A DNA stretch of 64,000 nt from an uncultured Clostridiaceae bacterium (GCA_964485345.1 CAZAJB010000004.1:9758-73757), one strand, 5' to 3'; positions 25,378 through 35,188 are shown, numbered from the stretch's first letter. The notes: a model not told the origin generated them from the sequence alone. A program made the numbers and translations.

Positions 25378-27252
25378 TTAGTGCTCGTCCACTAGACGTT
25401 CCCACCTGGCGTATTTTTCCTGTAACCTTCGTTTGATCTCCTCGTATTCCTGAATCGTTGTCACAGCCATACTTTCGCCCTCTTGATAGAGATCGGGCGA
25501 GGCGAGGCTGATCTCAAGATCTCCCATCCGCTCTTCGAGTTGAACAATCTCGTCTTCCATCGCTCGCCTTGCCTCCACGAGCTTCCGCCTGGCATTGGGC
25601 GAGAGTCTAGCCCGGGAGTTCTCCTCGGCTTGCTGAACCTCTGCGGGGCTTCTTTCCTTCTGGGCTACGGCCGCAAACTGCTTACGGGCTTCTTCGTAGG
25701 CTGCAAAGCCCCCCACAAAAGGATAACAAGCGCCGCCATCTAAAGTCCAAACATGGGTTGCTAATTTGTCGATGAAGTAACGATCGTGGGAAACAAAGAT
25801 AATGGTGCCGCCAAACTCCCTAAGTGCTTTTTCCAGCGCTTCCCTAGCGTAAATGTCTAGGTGGTTGGTGGGCTCATCGAGGAGAAGGAAATTCGGGCGG
25901 TGTAAGAGCAGTTTGGCTAGGGCCAATCGATTTCGTTCGCCGCCACTTAAGACGGAGGTTTGCTTGAAGACGTCTTCGCCTTGAAACAAAAAGCGGGCTA
26001 GAACCGAGCGCAAGACGCCGAGTTCGAGGCGATGCTCATCGTAAAGTTCTTCTAGGACGGTGTTCTCGGGATCGAAGGAAATATGCTGCGAAAAGTAACC
26101 GAGATCGACACCCGTTCCCCATCTTAGTTCGCCCTGAAAGTGGAGTTCGCCTCCTAGAATTTTCAGGAGGGTACTCTTGCCGCTGCCGTTAGGGCCCAAG
26201 AGAGCAATGCGCTGTCCCCGCTTCACTTCGACATTAAGGCGCTTTAGGACTGGATCGTCTCCATAAAACTTACTGACATTCTCAAGTGCGACAATATGAT
26301 TACCCGACTGCCTTTTGGGCTCAAAGCGAAAGACCATGCTAGGGTCATCGAAAACCCGTTCAATGTCGGGCAGACGCTCGAGCTTTTTTTCCATACTCTT
26401 GGCCTGTCTCGAGCGGGTTCCGGCTTTGAACTTCTGAATGAACGCCTCCATGCGGGCCCTCTCTTGCTGCTGCCGTTCAAGGGTCTCCTCAATTTGGCTT
26501 TGGCGCAGTTCACGCTGGGGTAGGTAGGCTGAGTAAGTGCCCTTGTACGGATAAAGTTTGTGCTGCTGTAATTCCCAAATCGTAGTGGCCACCTTGTCCA
26601 AGAAGTAGCGATCATGGGATACTACAATATAGGCTGACCGATACGCCGCTAAGAAGTCTTCGAGCCAGCGGATCGCTTCGATGTCTAGGTGGTTGGTGGG
26701 CTCGTCCAGCACTAAGAGGGACGGACGCGTCAAAAGCAGGCGAGCTAAACTAACCCGCATCTGTTCTCCTCCACTGAAGGTGTGGAGGCTGCGGTTCAAA
26801 TCGGCGACAGAAAAGCCCAAGCCCACCGCAACACTGTCAATCTGTACCAGATAATCATAACCGCCGCCATGTTCAAAGCGATCCTGCAGGCGAGCATAAC
26901 GCTGCACAGCCTGATCCAGATTGTCGCCTGGACTCTGAGCCATTTCCTCCTCTAGGGTCCGCATCTCTCCCTCCAGCTCGATTTGGCTGGCAAAGGGTTC
27001 TGTTAGATACTCCACTAGAGTCTGCGCGCTAGTAGGTGGCGCCTGCCAGAGAAAGCCGATTGTGTAGCCTCCGGGGCAGATCACCTGGCCCCGCTCTGGA
27101 CTCAGTTCACCTACGAGGGTTTTCAGGAGTGTGGTTTTTCCCACTCCATTCGCACCCACAAGCCCGATGTGATCGCTGGTGCCTATAGTGGCGGTGACAT
27201 TTTGAAAAACGAGTTCATCTCCGTAGAACTTCCATAAATCCTGGATGATCAT
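25378..27252 (-). CDS. ABC-F family ATPase (two ABC cassettes, no TMD)
   Basis: GANGVGKTT...FSGGEQMRVSLA...LVLDEPTNHLD, then GPNGSGKST...LSGGERNRLALA...LLLDEPTNHLD. A charged linker and a C-terminal coiled coil are present. Confidence 0.9.
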   Translation of the reverse strand: MIIQDLWKFYGDELVFQNVTATIGTSDHIGLVGANGVGKTTLLKTLVGELSPERGQVICPGGYTIGFLWQAPPTSAQTLVEYLTEPFASQIELEGEMRTLEEEMAQSPGDNLDQAVQRYARLQDRFEHGGGYDYLVQIDSVAVGLGFSVADLNRSLHTFSGGEQMRVSLARLLLTRPSLLVLDEPTNHLDIEAIRWLEDFLAAYRSAYIVVSHDRYFLDKVATTIWELQQHKLYPYKGTYSAYLPQRELRQSQIEETLERQQQERARMEAFIQKFKAGTRSRQAKSMEKKLERLPDIERVFDDPSMVFRFEPKRQSGNHIVALENVSKFYGDDPVLKRLNVEVKRGQRIALLGPNGSGKSTLLKILGGELHFQGELRWGTGVDLGYFSQHISFDPENTVLEELYDEHRLELGVLRSVLARFLFQGEDVFKQTSVLSGGERNRLALAKLLLHRPNFLLLDEPTNHLDIYAREALEKALREFGGTIIFVSHDRYFIDKLATHVWTLDGGACYPFVGGFAAYEEARKQFAAVAQKERSPAEVQQAEENSRARLSPNARRKLVEARRAMEDEIVQLEERMGDLEISLASPDLYQEGESMAVTTIQEYEEIKRRLQEKYARWERLVDEH

Positions 27253-27272
27253 CGCGCTAGCTCATCACCTAC

Positions 27273-28274
27273 CTATGAAATCGTCGTACGCAACGCCTGC
27301 CGCTCCTGGTGCTTCTCTAGGGCGATGGCAATGAGCCGATCCAAGAGATTTGTATAGGGCAGACCCGAATGTTCCCACAATTTGGGGTACATGGATATTT
27401 GCGTAAAACCTGGAATTGTATTAATTTCGTTGACGAAGATCTCTCCTTGTTGATCCACGAAGAAATCAACGCGACCCATACCGGAACAATCCACCGCCCT
27501 AAAGGCGCGAATCGCATAATCCGCGATACAGGCGGCCTGTTTGGCGTCTAGGGGTGCAGGAATAATCAGGCGGGATTGCTCATTATGATACTTCGCCCCA
27601 TAGTCATAAAACTCATGGGCTGGCACAATCTCCCCTGCCACGGAGGCTTGGGGATGGTTATGCCCCAAGACGCTACACTCCACTTCTCGAGCCCCAATTA
27701 GGCCCTGTTCCACAACGACTTTGCGATCAAAGGCAAAGGCCTCGTCTAGGGCAGGACCTAGATCCGCGGGAGATTTCACCTTACTGATTCCCACACTCGA
27801 ACCCAAGTTGGCGGGTTTTACAAACATGGGATAGCCCAAACTTGTTTCAAGACGGTCCTTGATTCCAATGGCATCTCCTTGCCACTGGTAATGTAAGACA
27901 GACTCCCAAGGAAGGAGAGGCAATCCTGCCCCGCTAAAGAGAATACGCATCAAGGCTTTGTCCATGGCCACTGCCGAAGATGTGACACCCGCCCCTACAT
28001 AGGGGAGATTGGCCAATTCTAGGAGTCCCTGGATCGTTCCATCCTCGCCGTAAGGTCCATGCAAGACCGGGAAGACCACATCCAGGTCGGGATTCCCCTT
28101 GGGATCGCTTTGAATCGAAATGCCCTCCCAATTGCCCGCGGGATCGATCTTGATGGGCACAATCGTATACTTGGTTTGATCTAAAGCATTGATCACCGAT
28201 TGTGCGGACAGCAAGGATACTTCGTGTTCCCCCGATCGGCCGCCATAAATGACTCCCACCCTTAACTTGGGCAT
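27273..28274 (-). CDS. ddl: D-alanine--D-alanine ligase
   Basis: VIYGGRSGEHEVSL, HGPYGEDGTIQGLLEL, ATP-grasp EINTIPGFT. Confidence 0.95.
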   Translation of the reverse strand: MPKLRVGVIYGGRSGEHEVSLLSAQSVINALDQTKYTIVPIKIDPAGNWEGISIQSDPKGNPDLDVVFPVLHGPYGEDGTIQGLLELANLPYVGAGVTSSAVAMDKALMRILFSGAGLPLLPWESVLHYQWQGDAIGIKDRLETSLGYPMFVKPANLGSSVGISKVKSPADLGPALDEAFAFDRKVVVEQGLIGAREVECSVLGHNHPQASVAGEIVPAHEFYDYGAKYHNEQSRLIIPAPLDAKQAACIADYAIRAFRAVDCSGMGRVDFFVDQQGEIFVNEINTIPGFTQISMYPKLWEHSGLPYTNLLDRLIAIALEKHQERQALRTTIS

Positions 28275-28299
28275 GCTTCTTCCTCCCTTGCGTTCTTAC

Positions 28300-28683
28300 T
28301 TAATCGTTACAAAGGCAAATAACGTCCATCTCTACTTGGACTCCCTTCGGTAAAGCACTGACCTCAACACAAACCCGAGCAGGAGGGTTTTCTGGGAAGA
28401 AGCTAGCGTAAACCGCATTCATCTTCTCAAAGTCTCCCATGTCGGTTAAGTAGACCGAAACCTTTAGGGCATTGGCAAGGCTGCTCCCGCCGGCCTGGGC
28501 AATCGTTTCGAGATTGTGCAACACTTGCCTGGCCTGTGCCTCTACATCACCATAGGCAATTTCACCGGTTTTCATGTCCAAGCCAAGTTGACCAGAAATG
28601 AAGAGTAAGTTCCCGGCCCGAATACCTTGGTTATAAGGGCCCACTGCTGCTGGAGCATTTTCACTGTGTACTATCTTACGCAT
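28300..28683 (-). CDS. ridA: RidA/YjgF-family reactive-intermediate deaminase
   Basis: APAAVGPYNQGIRAGNLLFISGQLG...ARVCVEVSALPKGVQVEM. I moved the start to ATG 28683, which has SD GGAGGGA. Confidence 0.9.
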   Translation of the reverse strand: MRKIVHSENAPAAVGPYNQGIRAGNLLFISGQLGLDMKTGEIAYGDVEAQARQVLHNLETIAQAGGSSLANALKVSVYLTDMGDFEKMNAVYASFFPENPPARVCVEVSALPKGVQVEMDVICLCND

Positions 28684-28904
28684 TTTGAATTCCCTCCATG
28701 TCTCCCATTTTGTTATCTCATAGTGTTTTCCAGATTCGAAGCGAATTCCCTTTAAGGGGAAGACAAGAGACCCCGGATTCTTACACCCGCGGTTTCCCAC
28801 GGACATAGTCTAGAAGGGTCGTTTTTTCGATTAAGAACAGGAGCTAGATCCCTTATGGAGAATCTTCCTATTAATAACTCCCCTAGGAAGGCAGGAGGTT
28901 ACCG

Positions 28905-28982
28905 GTGAAAAAAGTAGAAAAAAAGAAGGAAGACGGACGCTACATTATCTTCTACAGCTTTCCCAAGCAGAATAAAGAGTAG
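28905..28982 (+). CDS. 25-codon upstream ORF ahead of galT (possible remnant of a GalT N-terminal extension)
   Basis: Hand-read: GTG with SD AGGAGG 6 nt upstream, encoding VKKVEKKKEDGRYIIFYSFPKQNKE*. The stop lies 17 nt before the galT ATG and the uORF is in a different frame. Confidence 0.3.
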   Translation: MKKVEKKKEDGRYIIFYSFPKQNKE

Positions 28983-28999
28983 GGGTAAGGAGTGAGACC

Positions 29000-29971
29000 A
29001 TGTCTGAACTACGTTGGAATCCCCAGTTAAGGCAGTGGGTTATTGTGACCACCCACCGCCAAGACCGTACTTACAAGCCTCCAGCTGAGTATTGTCCCTT
29101 GTGTCCCACTTTGCCTGGGGCCTTTCCCACAGAGGTCCCGGCGGAAGAGTATGAGATCGTAGTCTTCGAGAATAAGTTTCCTTCGCTCACTCAACCGCCT
29201 CCGCCCCTTGAAGTGGAAGGGAGCGCCCTCTACCAGACGGCGCCTGCCGAGGGGGTCTGCGAGGTTGTTCTCTACTCCCCTCATCATGGTAGCAGTCTCG
29301 CGCAAGAACCGGTCAGCCAGATCCGCAATTTGATTGAAGTATGGACCGATCGCTACCTCGAGTTAGGGCAGAGGCCGGGTATCCACTATGTACTGATCTT
29401 CGAAAACAAAGGCGATGCCGTGGGGGTTACCCTCAGCCATCCCCATGGGCAGATCTATGCCTTCCCTTTCATTCCGCCAACGTTGGAAAAGGAATTAGAA
29501 GCAGCGCTCGAACACCAGAAAACGACGGATCAATGCCTTTATTGCCACATTCTAGCAGAAGAAAAGGTGGATGGGGTGCGCATCATCGCCGAACAGGCAG
29601 AAGCCGTGGCCTTTGTACCATTTTTCGCCCGCTACCCCTTTGAGGTCCATATTTACACCAGCCGCCATGTACCAAGCCTGGCGGAGTTTACATCGGAGGA
29701 ACAAGAGGGTCTAGCGAAGGTGCTCAAAGATGTCTTGCTTAAGTATGATTCTCTCTTTGGCTTTTCACTTCCATACATTATGGTGCTCCACCAGGCGCCT
29801 CCTAAGGGAGACTATCCTCACTACCATTTTCACATTGAGCTTTATCCCCTGAACCGTGCCGCGACAAAATTGAAATACTTAGCGGGAGTTGAATCGGGGG
29901 CTGGCACCTTTATTACCGATATGAGTCCCGAACACCAAGCTGCGAGACTGCGAGGCGAGTTGCATGACTGA
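29000..29971 (+). CDS. galT: Galactose-1-phosphate uridylyltransferase (HIT superfamily)
   Basis: CPLCP zinc motif and the HPHGQIY (HxHxQ) active site; 323 aa. Confidence 0.9.
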   Translation: MSELRWNPQLRQWVIVTTHRQDRTYKPPAEYCPLCPTLPGAFPTEVPAEEYEIVVFENKFPSLTQPPPPLEVEGSALYQTAPAEGVCEVVLYSPHHGSSLAQEPVSQIRNLIEVWTDRYLELGQRPGIHYVLIFENKGDAVGVTLSHPHGQIYAFPFIPPTLEKELEAALEHQKTTDQCLYCHILAEEKVDGVRIIAEQAEAVAFVPFFARYPFEVHIYTSRHVPSLAEFTSEEQEGLAKVLKDVLLKYDSLFGFSLPYIMVLHQAPPKGDYPHYHFHIELYPLNRAATKLKYLAGVESGAGTFITDMSPEHQAARLRGELHD

Positions 29972-31151
29972 CCTAAAAAAAGAGTTTCGAGCCAGATTTC
30001 CAAATACAGCAGAACCTCTCCTGGTCTGGGCTCCTGGCCGCGTTAACCTTTTAGGAGAGCACACCGATTATAATGAGGGCTTTGTCTTTCCCATGGCGAT
30101 TGATGTCGGAATTTATATGGCTGGCGCCCTAAACAAAACTGGCGAGGTCCGTCTCTATTCCCTGGACTATCAGGCAGGAGCTACCTTTGCGCTGGAAGAT
30201 ATTACCCCCTCCAGCCATGATAAATGGACCAATTATATCCGCGGGGTATGCAGAGAGTTTCAATTAGCTGGCTTCGAACCGAGAGGCATGGATCTACTGG
30301 TGCAGGGAAATGTACCGCAAGGAGCCGGTCTTTCTTCGTCCGCAGCCCTAGAAGTAGCGACAGCTGTGCTGATTACGGCTCTCCACGCTTGGCATGTGGA
30401 TCGGGTGGACATGGTGAAAATGGCCCAGCGAGCTGAGAATGATTTCGTCGGAGTCGCCTCCGGTATCATGGATCAGTTCGCTTCGATGATGGGGCAAAAG
30501 GACCATGCCTTGTTTTTGGACTGCCGAAGTCTAGACTATGAGTTGATTCCTACGCCCTTTGAGGAGCAAGGTTATGCGGTCGTTGTGATCAATTCCGGAG
30601 TGCGCAGGGGGCTTGTGGATTCTGCCTATAATACCCGCCGCCAGGAGTGCACCGACGCGGTGAAGCTCTTACAACATGCTTTGCCAGGCATTTCCTCCCT
30701 GCGGGATGTGGGTATCGAGGATTTGACCCTGGTCAATGCTTTGCCCACTTCTCTGGCGCAGCGAGCGAGGCATGTGGTGACAGAGAACCATCGAGTGCGT
30801 GTAGGAATCGAGGCCCTAGGGGCAGGGGATCTTAAGCGCTTCGGTCAGGAGCTCACCAACTCTCACCGCAGCCTACAACAGGATTTTCAAGTCAGTTGCC
30901 CCGAACTAGACCTCCTTGTAGAACTAGCCTTACAGGTTCCTGGAGTTCTAGGTTCGAGGATGACCGGAGCGGGTTTTGGCGGCTGTACCGTCTCCCTTGT
31001 GCCCCGGGCCCAGCTAACGTTGCTTCAGGAGAGCGTGGCCCGGGATTATCTGGCAGAGACCAATTTAGAGGCAGAATTCTACATCTTTAGTGCCTCCCCC
31101 GGCGCCAACGTGGTGCAGCAAATCAGAGCAGGAGGAAGTCTACAATCCTGA
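29964..31151 (+). CDS. galK: Galactokinase
   Basis: GRVNLLGEHTDYNEG signature and GHMP motif PQGAGLSSSAALEV. It overlaps galT by 8 nt. Confidence 0.95.
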   Translation: MTDLKKEFRARFPNTAEPLLVWAPGRVNLLGEHTDYNEGFVFPMAIDVGIYMAGALNKTGEVRLYSLDYQAGATFALEDITPSSHDKWTNYIRGVCREFQLAGFEPRGMDLLVQGNVPQGAGLSSSAALEVATAVLITALHAWHVDRVDMVKMAQRAENDFVGVASGIMDQFASMMGQKDHALFLDCRSLDYELIPTPFEEQGYAVVVINSGVRRGLVDSAYNTRRQECTDAVKLLQHALPGISSLRDVGIEDLTLVNALPTSLAQRARHVVTENHRVRVGIEALGAGDLKRFGQELTNSHRSLQQDFQVSCPELDLLVELALQVPGVLGSRMTGAGFGGCTVSLVPRAQLTLLQESVARDYLAETNLEAEFYIFSASPGANVVQQIRAGGSLQS

Positions 31152-32466
31152 AGTAGATGATGAGAGAAAGGGCATCGACAATGGTGGTAATTACGGGCGC
31201 GGCCATAATGGCCGGGTCCTGTTTTAGTGCTTTGGCAATTAAAGGAAGCAAACCACCCACTGTTTTCGCCAGGACGACGGTGACAAAAAGCGTGAGAGAG
31301 ATGCTTAAGGCAACTAAGTAGTTGCCGGGATACATCAGAATCAGGCGGATGAAGTTCGTAACAGCTAAAACCACGCCCACCAGGCTACTGACGCCTAGTT
31401 CCTTTAGGAGCACCCGGCTACCATCCCTTAAGGTAATCTCACCTAAGGCCATACCGCGAATAATCAGGGTCGAGCTTTGTGAACCGGCATTCCCGCCGGT
31501 ATCTGTCAACATGGGTATAAAGGTGACCAAGAGCGGCATGGTGACAATAGCTGCCTCGTACTTGCCTAAGATAGAACCGGTAATCATGGCGGAGATCATC
31601 AGGAGTAAGAGCCAGAAGATACGATGCTTGGCCAGGGAAAAAATGCTTGTTTTAAGATAGGGTTTTTCTGAAGGGGCCATGGCGGCCATGAGCTGAAAGT
31701 CTTCTGTAGCCTCTTGCTCGATGACTTCTACGATATCGTCCACTGTGACGATGCCCACGAGTCTGTTTTCGTGATCCACGATGGGTAGTGACAGGAGATC
31801 GTAGCGGCTAAACATCCGTGCCACCTCTTCTTGGTCCTGGGTGGTCTGGGCAAAAATGACGTTCTTCTCCATCACATCCCTAATTACCGCATCTTCGGAG
31901 GCCAAGAAGAGATTTTTCACCGTAACCACACCTTCGAGGTGACGGTTGGCATCCATCACAAAGCAGGTATAAACGGTTTCTTTGTCTAGGGCGGTACGGC
32001 GAATGCGGGCAAAGGCTTCTGAGACTAACATGTCTTTCTTGAGGTCCACAAACTCTGCAGTCATGATGCTGCCTGCCGATTCAGGAGGGTATTTCAAGAA
32101 CTGGTTCACCAAGGTACGGGTCTCAGGTGAGGCATGCTGCAACACCCTCTTGACTACACTGGCCGGCAGTTCTTCTAGAAAATCCGCGGCATCATCCACA
32201 AAAAGCTGGTCGATGATGGAACCAACCTCTTGATCGGTAATGGCTCCTACGAGGTATTCCTGCTTATCGCTGGGCAAGTAGGCAAAGATTTCTGCCGCCC
32301 GGTCCTTAGGAAGGGATCGAAAGACCAGGACCACGTGTTCGCGGCTGAGATCATCGAGAAAGTCAGCGATGTCAGCGTCCCGTAAGAGGGGCAACTCCTT
32401 TTTTACGGTTCGTAAATCCTTTGCTTCCACCAAACGCTCCAAATCGCGAAAGTCTTGTATGTTCAT
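31123..32466 (-). CDS. mgtE: Magnesium transporter MgtE
   Basis: 447 aa with an MgtE N-domain, tandem CBS domains, and a TM domain containing PMLTDTGGNAGSQSS. Confidence 0.95.
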   Translation of the reverse strand: MNIQDFRDLERLVEAKDLRTVKKELPLLRDADIADFLDDLSREHVVLVFRSLPKDRAAEIFAYLPSDKQEYLVGAITDQEVGSIIDQLFVDDAADFLEELPASVVKRVLQHASPETRTLVNQFLKYPPESAGSIMTAEFVDLKKDMLVSEAFARIRRTALDKETVYTCFVMDANRHLEGVVTVKNLFLASEDAVIRDVMEKNVIFAQTTQDQEEVARMFSRYDLLSLPIVDHENRLVGIVTVDDIVEVIEQEATEDFQLMAAMAPSEKPYLKTSIFSLAKHRIFWLLLLMISAMITGSILGKYEAAIVTMPLLVTFIPMLTDTGGNAGSQSSTLIIRGMALGEITLRDGSRVLLKELGVSSLVGVVLAVTNFIRLILMYPGNYLVALSISLTLFVTVVLAKTVGGLLPLIAKALKQDPAIMAAPVITTIVDALSLIIYFRIVDFLLL

Positions 32467-32691
32467 GTTTTTATCCTCCTCAGTTTCATTTGGAGCATAA
32501 AAACGAACGCTTACAGATCAAATTTGAGGGTCCATGGAGATGAGCAGATGCTCACAGCGAAACGTCCCCCCTGTTTTGTCATGGTTCGTTTCTATACAAC
32601 TCGGTAAATCGCTATCCACTCAGCTCCCCCCTTTTCTTGTAGTCTACCCTTAGTCTACCATGATCCAAGCATGGTCTGCAATTCATGCATG
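32467..32691 (-). promoter_or_regulatory. Long structured mgtE 5' leader (class not recognised)
   Basis: About 225 nt lie between the lonC terminator and the mgtE ATG. The region contains G6 runs, mutually exclusive complementary segments, and a gttcgttttt tract 30 nt before the SD. See finding. Confidence 0.35.
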
Positions 32692-32736
32692 AAAAAAGCC
32701 GGCAACCACATGGAACAGTCCTGTGATCGCCGGCTT
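32692..32736 (-). terminator. Terminator of lonC
   Basis: Minus strand: aagccggc ... gccggctt 8-bp stem with a large partly paired loop, followed by ttttt. Confidence 0.5.
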
Positions 32737-32751
32737 GCCTATTCTCTTGTT

Positions 32752-34683
32752 CTAGTTCGCTACAGACCAAGGTGTGGAGGGTACATCCATTTCAAAGATT
32801 TGGCTCAGAAATTCGGCCACATGGTCGATGGGTACAATTTGCACCCCTTCGGTGATGGAGGGGAGGTTGTCCAGGTTATCCTTAGGAACATAGACTGTCT
32901 TCACTCCGCCTTGTTTGGCACCATAGATCTTGGCATGCAAGCCTCCTACAGCCTTGACTTTACCCCGTAGGGAGATCTCGCCTGTAACCGCAATATCCTG
33001 AGGAATGGGTATTCCCTTGACAGCACTAATAATGGCGGCCAAAACGGCCACTCCGGCAGAGGGTCCATCGATATTGCCGCCCCCTACCACATTCACATGC
33101 AGATCAAAATCATCAAGCTCCTGACCTGTCAGGGCCCGAAAGACCGAGGCTGCATTAAAGACGCTGTCCTTGGCCATACTCCCGGCAGCATCATTAAAGC
33201 GTACCCGACCTTTACCAGATTCTTTACTCTTGAAGGCCACGGCCTCAATTTCCAGAACGGAACCTAGGTAACCACTGACGCCTAGACCTAAAATGCGTCC
33301 CACTTCGCGAGTGTCTGAGGCTTTGGCACCTGCATACGAGCTCAGGCGAGCGGATTGAATCACATCCACCATGTCAGCATTTGTCACGGTGACATCATCT
33401 GGCTCTCCATCATCGCGATACAGGGCGGCGCTAAAGGCATCGGACAAAAGGCGCGTGGCCCGCCTTCCTTCAATCGTATATTCCGCAACCAGATCTGCTA
33501 CGCCCGCTTCGAGCCTAATCTCCAGGCGCTCGCTTGCTGACTGAACAATCTCCACGATATCTGAGGGCGTAAGGGGATCAAAGAAGACTTCGGCGCAGCG
33601 CGAACGAAAGGCCGGACTAATCTCTGAAGGATCCCTCGTGGTGGCCCCAATCAGGACAAAGTCCGCCGGGGCACCCTTGGTAAAGAGCTGGTGAATATAT
33701 TTAGGAATCTGCGGATCATGGGGATCGTAGTAGGATGAGTCAAAAACGACGCGCTTATCTTCTAGGACCTTGAGGAGCTTGTTTTGCAGCACAGGGTCCA
33801 ATTCTCCGATTTCATCAATAAAGAGTACGCCACCATGGGCTTCTGTCACCAGACCCAATTTCGGCTCAGGCACCGATCCGTCGGCTAGATCTCTCTTGGC
33901 CCCTTGGTAGATGGGATCATGCACAGACCCAATCAGGGGATTGGTCACTTCCCTCGGATCCCAGCGCAAGGTTGTTCCATCGACCTCCACAAAGGGAGCG
34001 TCCCCAGCAAAGGGAGTATAGGCCTTGGCTTTGGCTACCTGCAGAGCTAGGCGAGCGACCGTTGTTTTACCCACTCCTGGCGGACCATAAAGCAAAATGT
34101 GTTGGGGATAGGGCGAACTTAGCTTCGTGAGGAGCGACTGAATAGCATCCTTTTGACCCACGACCTCAGCGAGGTCTTGGGGTCGCATTAAGTCGGTTGT
34201 GGAACCAGATAGGCTCCGCTGCTCCAGGACTTCCAGTTCAGCAAACTTTTTCAGGGTTTGGGCATTATCTGGTCCCGCCTCTTCCTTCAAGACCTGGGTG
34301 CGTATGTCCCTGACGTATTCTAGGTGCCGCTCTTGCATCTTGGCCCCGACTTTCGCTTCGAGCTGATCCTCCACCGTACGCCGGGCCACGAGATCAGCTA
34401 AATAGTCCTCAAGTTCGTCAAGGACTTCATTGACCTCGTCCGGTGGCCTGGGATCTACGATGGTCGGGTCCTCATGAACTAGGCGTTCGAGAGCCAAGAC
34501 CCTGTCTTCGATTTTCTCCGACTGCATCAATTCCAAAGAGTCGAGCTTGCCGGCTTTTAGAACCAGCTGATCATGTCCGTGGACCTCGGCCAAGATGGTC
34601 AAAAGTGCTGAAACATGCTTTTCTAGTGAGGGTGTGAGATCCAGCGATGTACTTTGTGTTGTTGTCAATTCGTTTGTGTCCAA
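32752..34683 (-). CDS. lonC: Lon-family ATP-dependent protease, LonC type of spore-formers
   Basis: AAA+ Walker A LYGPPGVGKTT and Walker B VLFIDEIGEL. Lon proteolytic domain with DGPSAGVAV (catalytic Ser) and ...GGLHAKIYGAKQGG (Lys). There is no LonA N-domain. Its position after rplI fits LonC. Confidence 0.75.
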   Translation of the reverse strand: MDTNELTTTQSTSLDLTPSLEKHVSALLTILAEVHGHDQLVLKAGKLDSLELMQSEKIEDRVLALERLVHEDPTIVDPRPPDEVNEVLDELEDYLADLVARRTVEDQLEAKVGAKMQERHLEYVRDIRTQVLKEEAGPDNAQTLKKFAELEVLEQRSLSGSTTDLMRPQDLAEVVGQKDAIQSLLTKLSSPYPQHILLYGPPGVGKTTVARLALQVAKAKAYTPFAGDAPFVEVDGTTLRWDPREVTNPLIGSVHDPIYQGAKRDLADGSVPEPKLGLVTEAHGGVLFIDEIGELDPVLQNKLLKVLEDKRVVFDSSYYDPHDPQIPKYIHQLFTKGAPADFVLIGATTRDPSEISPAFRSRCAEVFFDPLTPSDIVEIVQSASERLEIRLEAGVADLVAEYTIEGRRATRLLSDAFSAALYRDDGEPDDVTVTNADMVDVIQSARLSSYAGAKASDTREVGRILGLGVSGYLGSVLEIEAVAFKSKESGKGRVRFNDAAGSMAKDSVFNAASVFRALTGQELDDFDLHVNVVGGGNIDGPSAGVAVLAAIISAVKGIPIPQDIAVTGEISLRGKVKAVGGLHAKIYGAKQGGVKTVYVPKDNLDNLPSITEGVQIVPIDHVAEFLSQIFEMDVPSTPWSVAN

Positions 34684-34726
34684 TGGGGATTTAACCCTCC
34701 AAGTAAGTATTTCCCGGCTGCCGCAC

Positions 34727-35173
34727 CTACTCCGGTGTAACCTCCACCATCATGGGCACATGGACCTTGGGATGTACTTTCACGCTAATAAGATGCGATC
34801 CCAGGGTCTTTATTGGCTCCTTGACGTCAATTTTCCTCTTGTCAATTTCTACCGAGAATTGGCGACGAATCTGTTCTGCAATTTCCTGGGTGGTAACGGA
34901 CCCAAACAGTCTGCCGCCCTCGCCCACCTTGGCCACGACCTTGAGCTTCTTGTCTTGCAAGGCAGCGCCCACTTTTTCTGCGTCTTTCAGCTCCCGGTCG
35001 GTCTTGGTGGACTCTGCTCTTCTGACCTCGGCTACGTGGCGCAGGTTTCCTGCATTTGCTTCTACGGCCAGACCTCGGGGTAGTAGGTAGTTACGCCCAT
35101 ATCCCTCCGCAACTTCCACCACATCACCTTTGCTGCCAATCTTCTTTACATCCGCCTGCAGAATCACTTTCAT
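34727..35173 (-). CDS. rplI: 50S ribosomal protein L9
   Basis: MKVILQADVKKIGSKGDVVEVAEGYGRNYLLPRGLA... Confidence 0.95.
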   Translation of the reverse strand: MKVILQADVKKIGSKGDVVEVAEGYGRNYLLPRGLAVEANAGNLRHVAEVRRAESTKTDRELKDAEKVGAALQDKKLKVVAKVGEGGRLFGSVTTQEIAEQIRRQFSVEIDKRKIDVKEPIKTLGSHLISVKVHPKVHVPMMVEVTPE

Positions 35174-35188
35174 TGGAAACCCACCCTT

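Noticed and set aside
28971-29002. A programmed -1 frameshift that would fuse the 25-codon uORF to galT; the galT frame is open back to 28976.
   Set aside because: There is no X_XXY_YYZ slippery heptamer at the junction (aat aaa gag tag) and no downstream stimulatory structure. galT has its own ATG and begins like the short-form enzymes. A remnant or leader explanation is simpler.
32521-32580. A possible third, degenerate copy of the two-hairpin repeat in the mgtE leader (minus strand ggacgtttcgctgtgagcatctgctc).
   Set aside because: It shares only gacgtttc and gtgag with copies A and B. The hairpin arms are not preserved, so the similarity is too weak to call.
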